IMG/VR virus record: IMGVR_UViG_3300030060_006317
Span: 6,196-70,195 of that record
Length of the DNA stretch: 64,000 nt
Origin: a virus
Reading direction: 5' to 3' (one strand)
The notes under the pieces were generated by a model that ran no database searches, was not told the DNA's origin, and worked only from the letters and a program-made list of their open reading frames with translations. This document shows, piece after piece, positions 56,808-63,917 of this stretch (the first letter of the stretch is position 1; each line of letters begins with the position of its first letter). A program made the translations under genes and the position numbers.

Positions 56808-57512
56808 ATGGGAAGGATAGGACTTTTACTTTTTTCACTGCTCGCATCAGATAATCAAATGAGAGACACTTACGACAGCTCTTATCATCAAGATCTGTAT
56901 ATGTTTGCAGAACCTGGATTCAAAAAATCTCACAAGTCATCCATTATTGTCAACGCTTTTGGAGAGAATGATTCCCACTCGATGGGCTCCGGAAATTACT
57001 TGAAAGTATATGGAAAAAGGTTTATTCTAACTGCACTGCACGTTGTTGAAGATATGCCCATAGTTTATGTCACAGATAGGAGCGGATTTTCATATGCCGC
57101 AGAAGTAAAATATGTAGATAAACTCAGAGACATTGCCATCTTAACTGTTGAGAGAAAAATTAAGTATGCAAAGGCAATAGAGTACAACCCGGCTAGGGAT
57201 TTGGAAATAGGAAAAGAGGTGTTCTACTGCGGGCATCCCAACGGGCAATGGTTTACATCCTACGAAGGCAGAATAAATGGCTTCAATAAGCAATTTATAA
57301 CACTAGACTCTTTTGGTTGGCCTGGAGCTTCTGGCTCTGTTATATTCGATAAACAAGGCAATGTTATTGGCGTGGCTTCGGCTGTCCCAATCTCCTCTCC
57401 TACTGGCTTTCCAGTAATAATATCTCAGATATTACGCGTGGGCCCTGTGTTTAATTTATCTCGAGACTATGTCTGGAGGATTCTCAATGAAGCCGAAGAG
57501 TCCAGTAGGTAG
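56808..57512 (+). CDS. Trypsin-like serine protease
   Basis: ILTALHVV, DIAIL, GASGS; N-terminal hydrophobic segment. Confidence 0.88.
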   Translation: MGRIGLLLFSLLASDNQMRDTYDSSYHQDLYMFAEPGFKKSHKSSIIVNAFGENDSHSMGSGNYLKVYGKRFILTALHVVEDMPIVYVTDRSGFSYAAEVKYVDKLRDIAILTVERKIKYAKAIEYNPARDLEIGKEVFYCGHPNGQWFTSYEGRINGFNKQFITLDSFGWPGASGSVIFDKQGNVIGVASAVPISSPTGFPVIISQILRVGPVFNLSRDYVWRILNEAEESSR

Positions 57513-57714
57513 GTTTATACTAGATGGTGGGAAGTTAGGTATCGTAACAAATGAAATTAGTTCTACTAATTGGAACAACGAACCTTTCTTCAGCTGGAAC
57601 ATTAGTTATGAAATAAAATACTTTGATGGCGTATGTTGCATAATGACCAAGCCATCTTTTGAAAGGTTAGTTGATATGGGTAGAATCATTTTCTTAGATG
57701 GAGAAAAAAAGTGA
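57487..57714 (+). CDS. Small SH3-like protein
   Basis: GGAGG RBS; PVGRFI...LGIVT...YEIKYFDG. Confidence 0.5.
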   Translation: MKPKSPVGRFILDGGKLGIVTNEISSTNWNNEPFFSWNISYEIKYFDGVCCIMTKPSFERLVDMGRIIFLDGEKK

Positions 57715-57961
57715 TGTACTACTACCCCCCTACCCCCCTACTACCCCTCTTGTTGTTCTCGATCTTGGAGGGTTCATAGAAGTGATTGCTAGTTTCGAAA
57801 CCATCCATGATATATTAAGAGAGCTGTGGGATGAGTGTGAGCATTATGAGTTTAAATACAGTGAAACAAGAGACCCAATCTGGCTGATGCAGATAAATAT
57901 GACAGTTCACAAGATCCAGTATTGGCAGAATATTGGTTATGGAATTAGTTACTGTGACTAG
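57698..57961 (+). CDS. Hypothetical protein
   Basis: 87 aa ORF overlapping neighbours. Confidence 0.45.
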   Translation: MEKKSDVLLPPYPPTTPLVVLDLGGFIEVIASFETIHDILRELWDECEHYEFKYSETRDPIWLMQINMTVHKIQYWQNIGYGISYCD

Positions 57962-58229
57962 TATTAAGAAAGGGGACTTAATAGCTGTCAATGAAGATGG
58001 TCATCTCTATTGCTATGTTGTGGCACAAGTAATAAAGAAAGATAGATTCTTTTATTGCTGGTCTAAATCGGAAAAGTTTTTTACTTTAGTTGTTTATGAT
58101 CCGGCAAGACATTTTGTTTTGTGTCCAAATTTTAATCCTAATATTGAACCAGACATAAATTTCTTGTATGCCTATAGAGAGTTAGCTAAAGCATTGGATC
58201 GACTTTTTTATGGTAAACCGTCCGACTAA
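57939..58229 (+). CDS. SH3/KOW-like hypothetical protein
   Basis: IKKGDLIAV...YVVAQV. Confidence 0.5.
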   Translation: MELVTVTSIKKGDLIAVNEDGHLYCYVVAQVIKKDRFFYCWSKSEKFFTLVVYDPARHFVLCPNFNPNIEPDINFLYAYRELAKALDRLFYGKPSD

Positions 58230-58243
58230 ATAGTCGGTTTTTT
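58222..58243 (+). terminator. Rho-independent terminator
   Basis: CCGACT-AAAT-AGTCGG followed by T6. Confidence 0.7.
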
Positions 58244-58293
58244 GCTTAAATCTTCTATAGTTTCGATAAACTCGACATTGTAGCGATTTTTAT

Positions 58294-58594
58294 AAAAAAC
58301 TTTACATAACTATACAAGTCAAACAAAAAACTTTACATAACTATGCAAGTGTAAGCAAAAAAAGATCGACCGAACAATGGGCATAGTTCTCCCATTAGTT
58401 CGAGACGATCTCCAACTTGCTTTAAAAAACTTAACATAATTATACAAAGGCTATTCGCCAAAAAACTTAACATAACTCCCTGTTCGGATTAAAAGATAAT
58501 TGGTGGACAAAAACTGTCCGCTACATTCTATTATAACACACTTTTGGGAGTTTGTCAAATGAGGTAAAGAAAAAAACTTTACATAACTATGCAA
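58294..58594. repeat. Five direct copies of AAAAAACTT(T/A)ACATAA(C/T)T(ATRCAA)
   Basis: Copies start at 58294, 58325, 58424, 58460, 58571 in non-coding DNA. Confidence 0.85.
58530..58558 (-). promoter_or_regulatory. Minus-strand consensus sigma70 promoter facing the repeats
   Basis: Reverse complement TTGACA-AACTCCCAAAAGTGTGT-TATAAT. Confidence 0.75.
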
Positions 58595-58635
58595 ACACCC
58601 TCAAGTGGTGCGGTCAAAAATTGTCCTCTTGTGAC

Positions 58636-58664
58636 TTGACAAATCTTTCCCAGTATGATACACT
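58636..58664 (+). promoter_or_regulatory. Early promoter
   Basis: TTGACA-17-TACACT, then AAGGAGG RBS. Confidence 0.75.
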
Positions 58665-58691
58665 ACAAACATAACCAACAAGGAGGTCGCA

Positions 58692-58841
58692 ATGACAAAC
58701 CACATACTCACGTTTACACTAGGTGTGTTGCTTGGGATAGTATTCCAAAATGACATACCTGTAATTAAAGATATAGACCATAAGAAGATCCGTACACACT
58801 TAGTCGGCATATTCAATTCACTTACGGAGACAGCAAAATGA
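58692..58841 (+). CDS. Small membrane protein
   Basis: AAGGAGG RBS; MTNHILTFTLGVLLGIVFQ... Confidence 0.55.
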   Translation: MTNHILTFTLGVLLGIVFQNDIPVIKDIDHKKIRTHLVGIFNSLTETAK

Positions 58842-59047
58842 AACGCAAGTTTGAAACAGGCGATCTCGTCACGCTGACGAATCCCGACTATCGTGATATA
58901 AAGAAAGGAACCATAGGCATAGTGATCGACCCCATAACAGAATGGAAAAGGATGATGCTCGTACACATTAACGGTGAGCAATGGTCTTTCCCCGAATGGG
59001 AGTTTGTACATACACGTAATTATAAGGAGAAGAAATGCACCCAATGA
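58838..59047 (+). CDS. SH3/KOW-like mini-gene
   Basis: KFETGDLVTL...TIGIVI. Confidence 0.65.
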   Translation: MKRKFETGDLVTLTNPDYRDIKKGTIGIVIDPITEWKRMMLVHINGEQWSFPEWEFVHTRNYKEKKCTQ

Positions 59048-59250
59048 TAGGCAAAACATTCAAAGGAACAATTGACGGAGAGATCCGCACGTATGAAATA
59101 ATAAAGATAGATACAGAACTGGGTTGGATTCAATTGCAACGTCACGGACAAACTGGTCACTTTTATCTTCACGAAAAGATACACAAACACTTCCTAGCAA
59201 AGATAGGATACATAAGGAGCAAAAATGAAACGCAAAGCACAAAACTTTGA
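59035..59250 (+). CDS. Small hypothetical protein
   Basis: AAGGAG RBS, 71 aa. Confidence 0.5.
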   Translation: MHPMIGKTFKGTIDGEIRTYEIIKIDTELGWIQLQRHGQTGHFYLHEKIHKHFLAKIGYIRSKNETQSTKL

Positions 59251-59437
59251 GGTCGGAGACTTGGTGCAAATGTCACACTGTGGGAAAATTCATCTTGGGT
59301 CACTAGTTCGTTACAAATATAGAGGTGTCGGAATTGTTCTGAAAAAACAGGACGACGATGTTTATTACCTCCAATGGCTTGGTGACGACCCACACAAGAC
59401 AGGTTTCCACAGAGACTTTATCGAGTTGGTAAAATGA
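59225..59437 (+). CDS. SH3/KOW-like mini-gene
   Basis: FEVGDLVQM...GVGIVL...QWLG...FIELVK. Confidence 0.65.
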   Translation: MKRKAQNFEVGDLVQMSHCGKIHLGSLVRYKYRGVGIVLKKQDDDVYYLQWLGDDPHKTGFHRDFIELVK

Positions 59438-59601
59438 AATCAGAATTCCTACCTGTAAGAATAGGCAGTTTAGTTTATGCCTTTGGTGGTCTCGGAGTTG
59501 TCCGAGAGGTGGAATTGCAACAAGTCCGCACAACTTGGTTCGACGATGGGTCAACTGGTTGGGCTTATCGTGGAGTTATCAAAAGAGTTGTATCTTTTTA
59601 A
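59434..59601 (+). CDS. SH3/KOW-like mini-gene
   Basis: ATGA overlap; VRIGSLVYAFGGLGVVRE...TWFDDG. Confidence 0.55.
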   Translation: MKSEFLPVRIGSLVYAFGGLGVVREVELQQVRTTWFDDGSTGWAYRGVIKRVVSF

Positions 59602-59610
59602 AAAAAATAC

Positions 59611-59639
59611 TTGACAACTCTGTCTTAACCTGTTACGCT
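59611..59639 (+). promoter_or_regulatory. Early promoter
   Basis: TTGACA-17-TACGCT. Confidence 0.65.
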
Positions 59640-59678
59640 ATAAACATAACGACAAAAACCCTAACATTGGAGAGACCA

Positions 59679-60014
59679 ATGAACATCAAACAATGTGTCC
59701 ACTGCGAGTGCGACTTTAACCTAGACAGTTCACTCAAGCGACGAGTGGGCGGTAGAATTAACGAGTGTCCCGACTGTGTCGAGGAACTACAAACAGAAAT
59801 CAAAGAGACCATCAGAGCCGTGTCCAGTGGCGACGGTAAGATGGCTTGCATCCAAATCCTCAAGTTCCAGTCAGAAGATGACGCAGAACTCTACCGTAAA
59901 GGTTGGGATCAATGGAGCGGTTGGAACAACCAACGTAGTGGCTCAGTCCACGACATAGCCTTTACAAAGGTTGGAGAGAACGCTGGAAACGGCAACCACA
60001 AGGGAAAGATATGA
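59679..60014 (+). CDS. Zinc-ribbon protein
   Basis: CVHC...CPDC; GGAG RBS. Confidence 0.6.
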   Translation: MNIKQCVHCECDFNLDSSLKRRVGGRINECPDCVEELQTEIKETIRAVSSGDGKMACIQILKFQSEDDAELYRKGWDQWSGWNNQRSGSVHDIAFTKVGENAGNGNHKGKI

Positions 60015-60160
60015 TTGAGATAGGCTCATTGGTTAGACACAAAAGGTTTGGAGACTTTGGTATTATCACACACGTTTATGAAACTCGTATAACCTTTATT
60101 GGACTAGCCGACGGAAAACCTTGGAGAACATACAGGGGCGCAGTGGAGGTGATAGCGTGA
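60011..60160 (+). CDS. SH3/KOW-like mini-gene
   Basis: MIEIGSLVRHKRFGDFGIIT...AVEVIA. Confidence 0.6.
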   Translation: MIEIGSLVRHKRFGDFGIITHVYETRITFIGLADGKPWRTYRGAVEVIA

Positions 60161-60447
60161 ACAAAGCACAAGCACCATTATACATAAACAATACAGGTCA
60201 ACCTATCTATTGGAGGGACGGCATTGGCGGATTAGCCGACTGGAAAGAAAAGGTCGCAGTAGCCGATCTCGTCTATGCTTTCTCGGACAGACGAGACACC
60301 AAGACCGTTGGAGTAATCACCAAATTAAAGTGGGGTGGTTGCCCAAGCGACGATAGTGCTGTGGTCAAGTGGTTTTCACACGACTGCCGTATGGGGAGCC
60401 TACAATACCTTTACAACCTCTATCCGATAGAGTTGGGGTCACTGTGA
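60157..60447 (+). CDS. SH3-like small protein
   Basis: GTG start, GGAGG RBS; VAVADLVY...VGVIT...VKWF. Confidence 0.5.
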   Translation: MNKAQAPLYINNTGQPIYWRDGIGGLADWKEKVAVADLVYAFSDRRDTKTVGVITKLKWGGCPSDDSAVVKWFSHDCRMGSLQYLYNLYPIELGSL

Positions 60448-60608
60448 GATTCAAAGTCGGAGACCTAATCTATATGAACAGACCCCATTATCAACTGGCT
60501 GTGGTATTGGGCGAGGGTGCTTGGATGGGATGGATAGATGTGTATGTCTACATTGGATACCGACTTGGTAAATGTCAAGTATCAGAAAATTACTGGGAGA
60601 AATTATGA
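60444..60608 (+). CDS. SH3/KOW-like mini-gene
   Basis: GTG start; RFKVGDLIYM...LAVVL...WEKL. Confidence 0.6.
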   Translation: MRFKVGDLIYMNRPHYQLAVVLGEGAWMGWIDVYVYIGYRLGKCQVSENYWEKL

Positions 60609-60850
60609 TAAGAATAGGAGACCTTGTGGGTTTTTACTGCAAGTATAACAAAAAGTATGCAATGGGAATTGTAATTGATGATACCAAGCACCCCTATGGT
60701 AGATGGACGGTGGTATCCGTTGACGACGGAGACTACATACCCCTAGACACAACAGACATTACTGTTATCAGTAGCAAAATAGTCGCAGACCAATGGGATA
60801 AAAAAATAAAAATGGGAAAAATACTTGACAAACTTGGAAAAGGCAGTTAA
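60605..60850 (+). CDS. SH3/KOW-like mini-gene
   Basis: MIRIGDLVGF...MGIVI. Confidence 0.6.
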   Translation: MIRIGDLVGFYCKYNKKYAMGIVIDDTKHPYGRWTVVSVDDGDYIPLDTTDITVISSKIVADQWDKKIKMGKILDKLGKGS

Positions 60851-60853
60851 GGT
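60825..60853 (+). promoter_or_regulatory. Early promoter (weak -10)
   Basis: TTGACA-17-TAAGGT, then ACATAAC..AAACAGGAG leader. Confidence 0.5.
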
Positions 60854-60883
60854 ATTAACATAACATTCAAACAGGAGAACCAA

Positions 60884-61765
60884 ATGAGGTTATACGAAAA
60901 CCGAAATACCCCACGCAACATTAGTTGTGGCTACTGCTACGAGGATGGACATTCAAAAAACCATTGCCCACACTTAAAAGCACACTGGGAAAGCAACAAG
61001 CACTTAGAACAAACCATCGACACTGTAAGACCGAGGGCTGAGCAACTGACTGGTGACTTTTCTTCGCTCAGATGGATGCGATCAGACCTCTTGAAACATA
61101 GTTTCATTGCCGAGTGGGACTATTGCGTAAAAAAGTGGGGGTCAAAATCCACAGTTAAAAAGAAAAAGAAACGCAAGGCAACCAAGTGTGGGTTCTGCGG
61201 ACGTACTACCCATACTCGTCGTAATTGCACCCACATGAAATCATTCTTAACCATTCTGAACGAGACCAATCGGGCTTATCGTGAGCAGTGGTATGACCTA
61301 TTCGCAGAGCAAATGGGCTTTGGAGTGGGAGCATTGGTGCAAATGCGTAGAGGAGTTGGTATTGTAACCAAGATTGACCTCGACACCATTATGTTTACCA
61401 ACACCGTGTATCAATGGAGCGACTACCACACTAGGATGCGAACAACACTAAAACAAGGTGACGATACTTATACTCCGAGACAAACTCTATTCAGACCCAT
61501 CAATCACGACTATCACCAAGGTTATGATGACGCTTTTAATTATGCTTTCTACTCGAACTGGTCGCCCATTGAGAGGATTATCTCACCTTGCCCCAATCCT
61601 GTGGGCAAAGAGTGGTTCTTACAGCAACAACCCCAATTCGACTGGATTATGAAAAAGCGCAATGCGGAGACCTTGTGGAATAATCTACACGGTCGCATAA
61701 GAGACTTTTATCCGCACGACGATCTTAGTCGAAAAATGAAACGAATTCTAGGCAGAGAGGTATAA
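60884..61765 (+). CDS. Protein with two CCHC zinc knuckles and an SH3-like segment
   Basis: CGYCYEDGHSKNHC and CGFCGRTTHTRRNC (Cx2Cx4Hx4C); GVGALVQMRRGVGIVT. Confidence 0.7.
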   Translation: MRLYENRNTPRNISCGYCYEDGHSKNHCPHLKAHWESNKHLEQTIDTVRPRAEQLTGDFSSLRWMRSDLLKHSFIAEWDYCVKKWGSKSTVKKKKKRKATKCGFCGRTTHTRRNCTHMKSFLTILNETNRAYREQWYDLFAEQMGFGVGALVQMRRGVGIVTKIDLDTIMFTNTVYQWSDYHTRMRTTLKQGDDTYTPRQTLFRPINHDYHQGYDDAFNYAFYSNWSPIERIISPCPNPVGKEWFLQQQPQFDWIMKKRNAETLWNNLHGRIRDFYPHDDLSRKMKRILGREV

Positions 61766-61791
61766 TACTATGAAAAACTTTAACCTTTTAC

Positions 61792-61819
61792 TTGACAAAT
61801 TTTTTCATCGTGTTACATT
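61792..61819 (+). promoter_or_regulatory. Early promoter, 16-bp spacer class
   Basis: TTGACA-AATTTTTTCATCGTGT-TACATT. Confidence 0.7.
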
Positions 61820-61853
61820 GCTAATATAACGAACAAACAGGGAGAGAGCAACA

Positions 61854-62027
61854 ATGCAAATAGAAGTAGGAGACCTTTGCCGTGTAATTAAAAATGGTCA
61901 CACGAAACCACAACTAGGCGATCTTGTCTTGGTAACCCGATTCGTAGGGAGTGCTTATGTTGAGGGAAAAAATCTAAAAACTGGTGGGACTCACCATTAT
62001 CTAAAAGTAGAGTTGGAGAAATTATGA
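61854..62027 (+). CDS. SH3/KOW-like mini-gene
   Basis: MQIEVGDLCRV...LGDLVLVT...ELEKL. Confidence 0.6.
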   Translation: MQIEVGDLCRVIKNGHTKPQLGDLVLVTRFVGSAYVEGKNLKTGGTHHYLKVELEKL

Positions 62028-62302
62028 AAGTACATACTGCCGTAGTGCGATGGATTCAATCGCACGATTGCGACTTTGTTGTCGCAACGACAAGAGACCG
62101 ACTAGAAGAAGAAGTCGTTAAGGCAATAGTTCCTGTCCTCAAATGGTACACCGACGATGAAGATGAAATCCGTGAGTGCCGTGACTACGGTGACCTCATC
62201 GAATGGGGATGGGACACGGAAAGTTTCGAGGTCATAACAAATAGTCAAGTCGAGATCAAGTCGAATCGCCACATTCTAACCCACATTATGGAGGAACTAT
62301 GA
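62024..62302 (+). CDS. Hypothetical protein
   Basis: 92 aa, ATGA-coupled at both ends. Confidence 0.55.
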   Translation: MKVHTAVVRWIQSHDCDFVVATTRDRLEEEVVKAIVPVLKWYTDDEDEIRECRDYGDLIEWGWDTESFEVITNSQVEIKSNRHILTHIMEEL

Positions 62303-62385
62303 TACAAGTCGGAGACCTCGTAAAGAGCCAACTCACTGGTAGGATTGGCATTGTCACTCGTTATATTCAAGGAGACCCAACCTAC
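62295..62385 (+). repeat. Copy 1 of near-exact direct repeat (copy 2 at 63910-64000)
   Basis: 90/91 nt identical, offset 1615 bp; copy 2 runs off the window end. Confidence 0.95.
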
Positions 62386-62457
62386 GTTTACGTCCGCTAC
62401 CACGATGCGCATTGTTCCATTCACACATCAAAACTAACAAAACTGGAGAAAAAATGA
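62299..62457 (+). CDS. SH3/KOW-like mini-gene
   Basis: MIQVGDLVKSQLTGRIGIVT...KLTKLEKK. Confidence 0.65.
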   Translation: MIQVGDLVKSQLTGRIGIVTRYIQGDPTYVYVRYHDAHCSIHTSKLTKLEKK

Positions 62458-62657
62458 GTAACCAAATTAAATTAACAATCGACATATCAGATGAATTGGT
62501 AGACAAACTACTTACAGTAATGGCTATCACAAGCCAACAGAACGCCCTACAGGGCGCAATGCCTATGCTTATGGGTGCTATGGGTGGTGCTACACCCCCA
62601 CCCAAGCAAGCACCTAAAGAAAAGCCATCTATGGGCTTTAAAATGGATAACAAATGA
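62454..62657 (+). CDS. Small hypothetical protein
   Basis: MSNQIKLTIDISDELVDKLL...KPSMGFK. Confidence 0.55.
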   Translation: MSNQIKLTIDISDELVDKLLTVMAITSQQNALQGAMPMLMGAMGGATPPPKQAPKEKPSMGFKMDNK

Positions 62658-62821
62658 TAATGCTACTATTACTTGGTTGCTTTGCTCCTAAGTACGTTGG
62701 AACCATTGACTCAATCGACAATGGTTTCTGCGTTGTGGAGTTTGGATACGACCACTTTCACGTTTACGATACCTCCGTCTGCAAGGGGCGAGTAGAGGGT
62801 GATAGAATAAAAATTAAATAA
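62654..62821 (+). CDS. Small lipoprotein-like protein
   Basis: MIMLLLLGC-FAPKY...; ATGA overlap. Confidence 0.5.
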   Translation: MIMLLLLGCFAPKYVGTIDSIDNGFCVVEFGYDHFHVYDTSVCKGRVEGDRIKIK

Positions 62822-62826
62822 ATTAC

Positions 62827-62854
62827 TTGACAAATCTTTTGATCGTGTTACACT
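62827..62854 (+). promoter_or_regulatory. Early promoter, 16-bp spacer class
   Basis: TTGACA-AATCTTTTGATCGTGT-TACACT. Confidence 0.75.
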
Positions 62855-62885
62855 ACTAATATAACGACAAACAATGGAGGTCACA

Positions 62886-63050
62886 ATGACCAACAAACGA
62901 CAGAAGAAAAAGAAGAATAAGAAAGAACAAGCCAAGAAAGACCGTAACTGGTTGGCTATCCACGCTCACAACCGAAAGGGTGGGGCACACACTGACCGTA
63001 AAAAGCAACGCAACAAACGTGCTTGCCGTGGTCGCCACAAGGAGCAATGA
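62886..63050 (+). CDS. Small highly basic protein
   Basis: GGAGG RBS; MTNKRQKKKKNKK...RNWLAIHAHNRKGGAHTDRKKQRNKRACRGRH. Confidence 0.65.
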   Translation: MTNKRQKKKKNKKEQAKKDRNWLAIHAHNRKGGAHTDRKKQRNKRACRGRHKEQ

Positions 63051-63223
63051 TGGAAGTAGGAGACTTAGTAACACGAAACTTTGAACCGTCCGTTCCTTAT
63101 GGTGCGGTTGGGGTCATTGTTAAGGCTGAGGAGGAAGATGAGATAGTCGTCGTTTGGAGCGACGGTTATCGCAACACCTATTCTATCTATGACTTGGAGG
63201 AAGTATGCAAGTCGGAGACTTAG
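63047..63223 (+). CDS. SH3/KOW-like cassette gene
   Basis: MMEVGDLVT...VGVIV...VWSDG...DLEEVCKSET. Confidence 0.7.
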   Translation: MMEVGDLVTRNFEPSVPYGAVGVIVKAEEEDEIVVVWSDGYRNTYSIYDLEEVCKSET

Positions 63224-63375
63224 TAAAACACATTCATTGGGGCATTATCGGTGTTGTCCTATCTATGAGAGAGAACGGCATCGGTCAATCCGTCGAGGTC
63301 TATCGGGTCAAAGCCCAAGACACCGTTTGGTTATACTCAAGCAACTTGGAGGTTCTATGCAAGTCGGAGACTTAA
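63205..63375 (+). CDS. SH3/KOW-like cassette gene
   Basis: MQVGDLVKHIHWGIIGVVL...NLEVLCKSET. Confidence 0.7.
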   Translation: MQVGDLVKHIHWGIIGVVLSMRENGIGQSVEVYRVKAQDTVWLYSSNLEVLCKSET

Positions 63376-63527
63376 TAAGACACAACAAATGGGACTACGT
63401 GGCTATCGTTACATTCGTAGGGAAAGAGGCTATAGAGGTCTACAAACCATCGACCCAATCGAGAGTTTGGATCAACAACTTTATTCATTCAAGATACTTG
63501 GAGGTTCTATGCAAATCGGAGACTTAG
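63357..63527 (+). CDS. SH3/KOW-like cassette gene
   Basis: MQVGDLIRHNKWDYVAIVT...YLEVLCKSET. Confidence 0.7.
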   Translation: MQVGDLIRHNKWDYVAIVTFVGKEAIEVYKPSTQSRVWINNFIHSRYLEVLCKSET

Positions 63528-63685
63528 TGCAAAGCAGATTGACCGACCTTATCGGGATTGTCCTCGACTACGGAATGGACGACATAGTCAAAGTTCGGTG
63601 GCTGAATTGGGTTGGAGAGGGTGGAACCCCCCGACCCTACTGGATAGACGCAGGTGGATTGAAAAAACTTAAAGAAAAAACTTGA
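63509..63685 (+). CDS. SH3/KOW-like cassette gene
   Basis: MQIGDLVQSRLTDLIGIVL...VRWL...GLKKL. Confidence 0.7.
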   Translation: MQIGDLVQSRLTDLIGIVLDYGMDDIVKVRWLNWVGEGGTPRPYWIDAGGLKKLKEKT

Positions 63686-63709
63686 CAAATCTTTTCAACG
63701 TGTTACACT
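63682..63709 (+). promoter_or_regulatory. Early promoter, 16-bp spacer class
   Basis: TTGACA-AATCTTTTCAACGTGT-TACACT. Confidence 0.75.
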
Positions 63710-63740
63710 ATAAACATCAACAACGAACAATGGAGAAACG

Positions 63741-63917
63741 ATGATACAAGTCGGAGACTTAGTGAGGGTAAACCAATGCTTTATGGGGTCTTATGATCTC
63801 GGCAAACTGGCTATCGTGGAACACGTCGGCACTTGGTCGTGCGACATTCACATTATAGAAAGTGGTAGGAAACCACGATACGCAAAAGCAGACCTTACAA
63901 AACTGGAGAAACTATGA
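63741..63917 (+). CDS. SH3/KOW-like cassette gene
   Basis: MIQVGDLVRV...LAIVE...DLTKLEKL. Confidence 0.7.
   Translation: MIQVGDLVRVNQCFMGSYDLGKLAIVEHVGTWSCDIHIIESGRKPRYAKADLTKLEKL

Larger units (their letters stand above)
63192..63528 (+). repeat. Three 33-bp junction repeats at exact 152-bp period
   Basis: ACTTGGAGG(AAG/TTC)TATGCAA(G/A)TCGGAGACTTA(G/A)T at 63192, 63344, 63496. Confidence 0.92.

Noticed and set aside
58333-58473. 46-aa minus-strand ORF downstream of the antisense promoter
   Set aside because: Built largely from the repeats, with the SD-like GGGAG only 2 nt from ATG; probably spurious.
58294-58594. Mini-CRISPR array
   Set aside because: Spacing is irregular (31, 99, 36, 111 bp) and repeats are short and degenerate.
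34-63074. Numerous minus-strand ORFs in the track
   Set aside because: Shadows of plus-strand genes, without RBS or recognisable motifs.
63192-63528. CRISPR array (33-bp repeats at regular spacing)
   Set aside because: Spacers are ~119 bp and protein-coding, repeats contain RBS and start codon and are not palindromic, and no cas genes are present.
63189-63685. Longer ORF-track calls 63189-63527 and 63389-63685
   Set aside because: Real starts are the RBS-preceded ATGs at 63357 and 63509; the extensions overlap other cassette genes.
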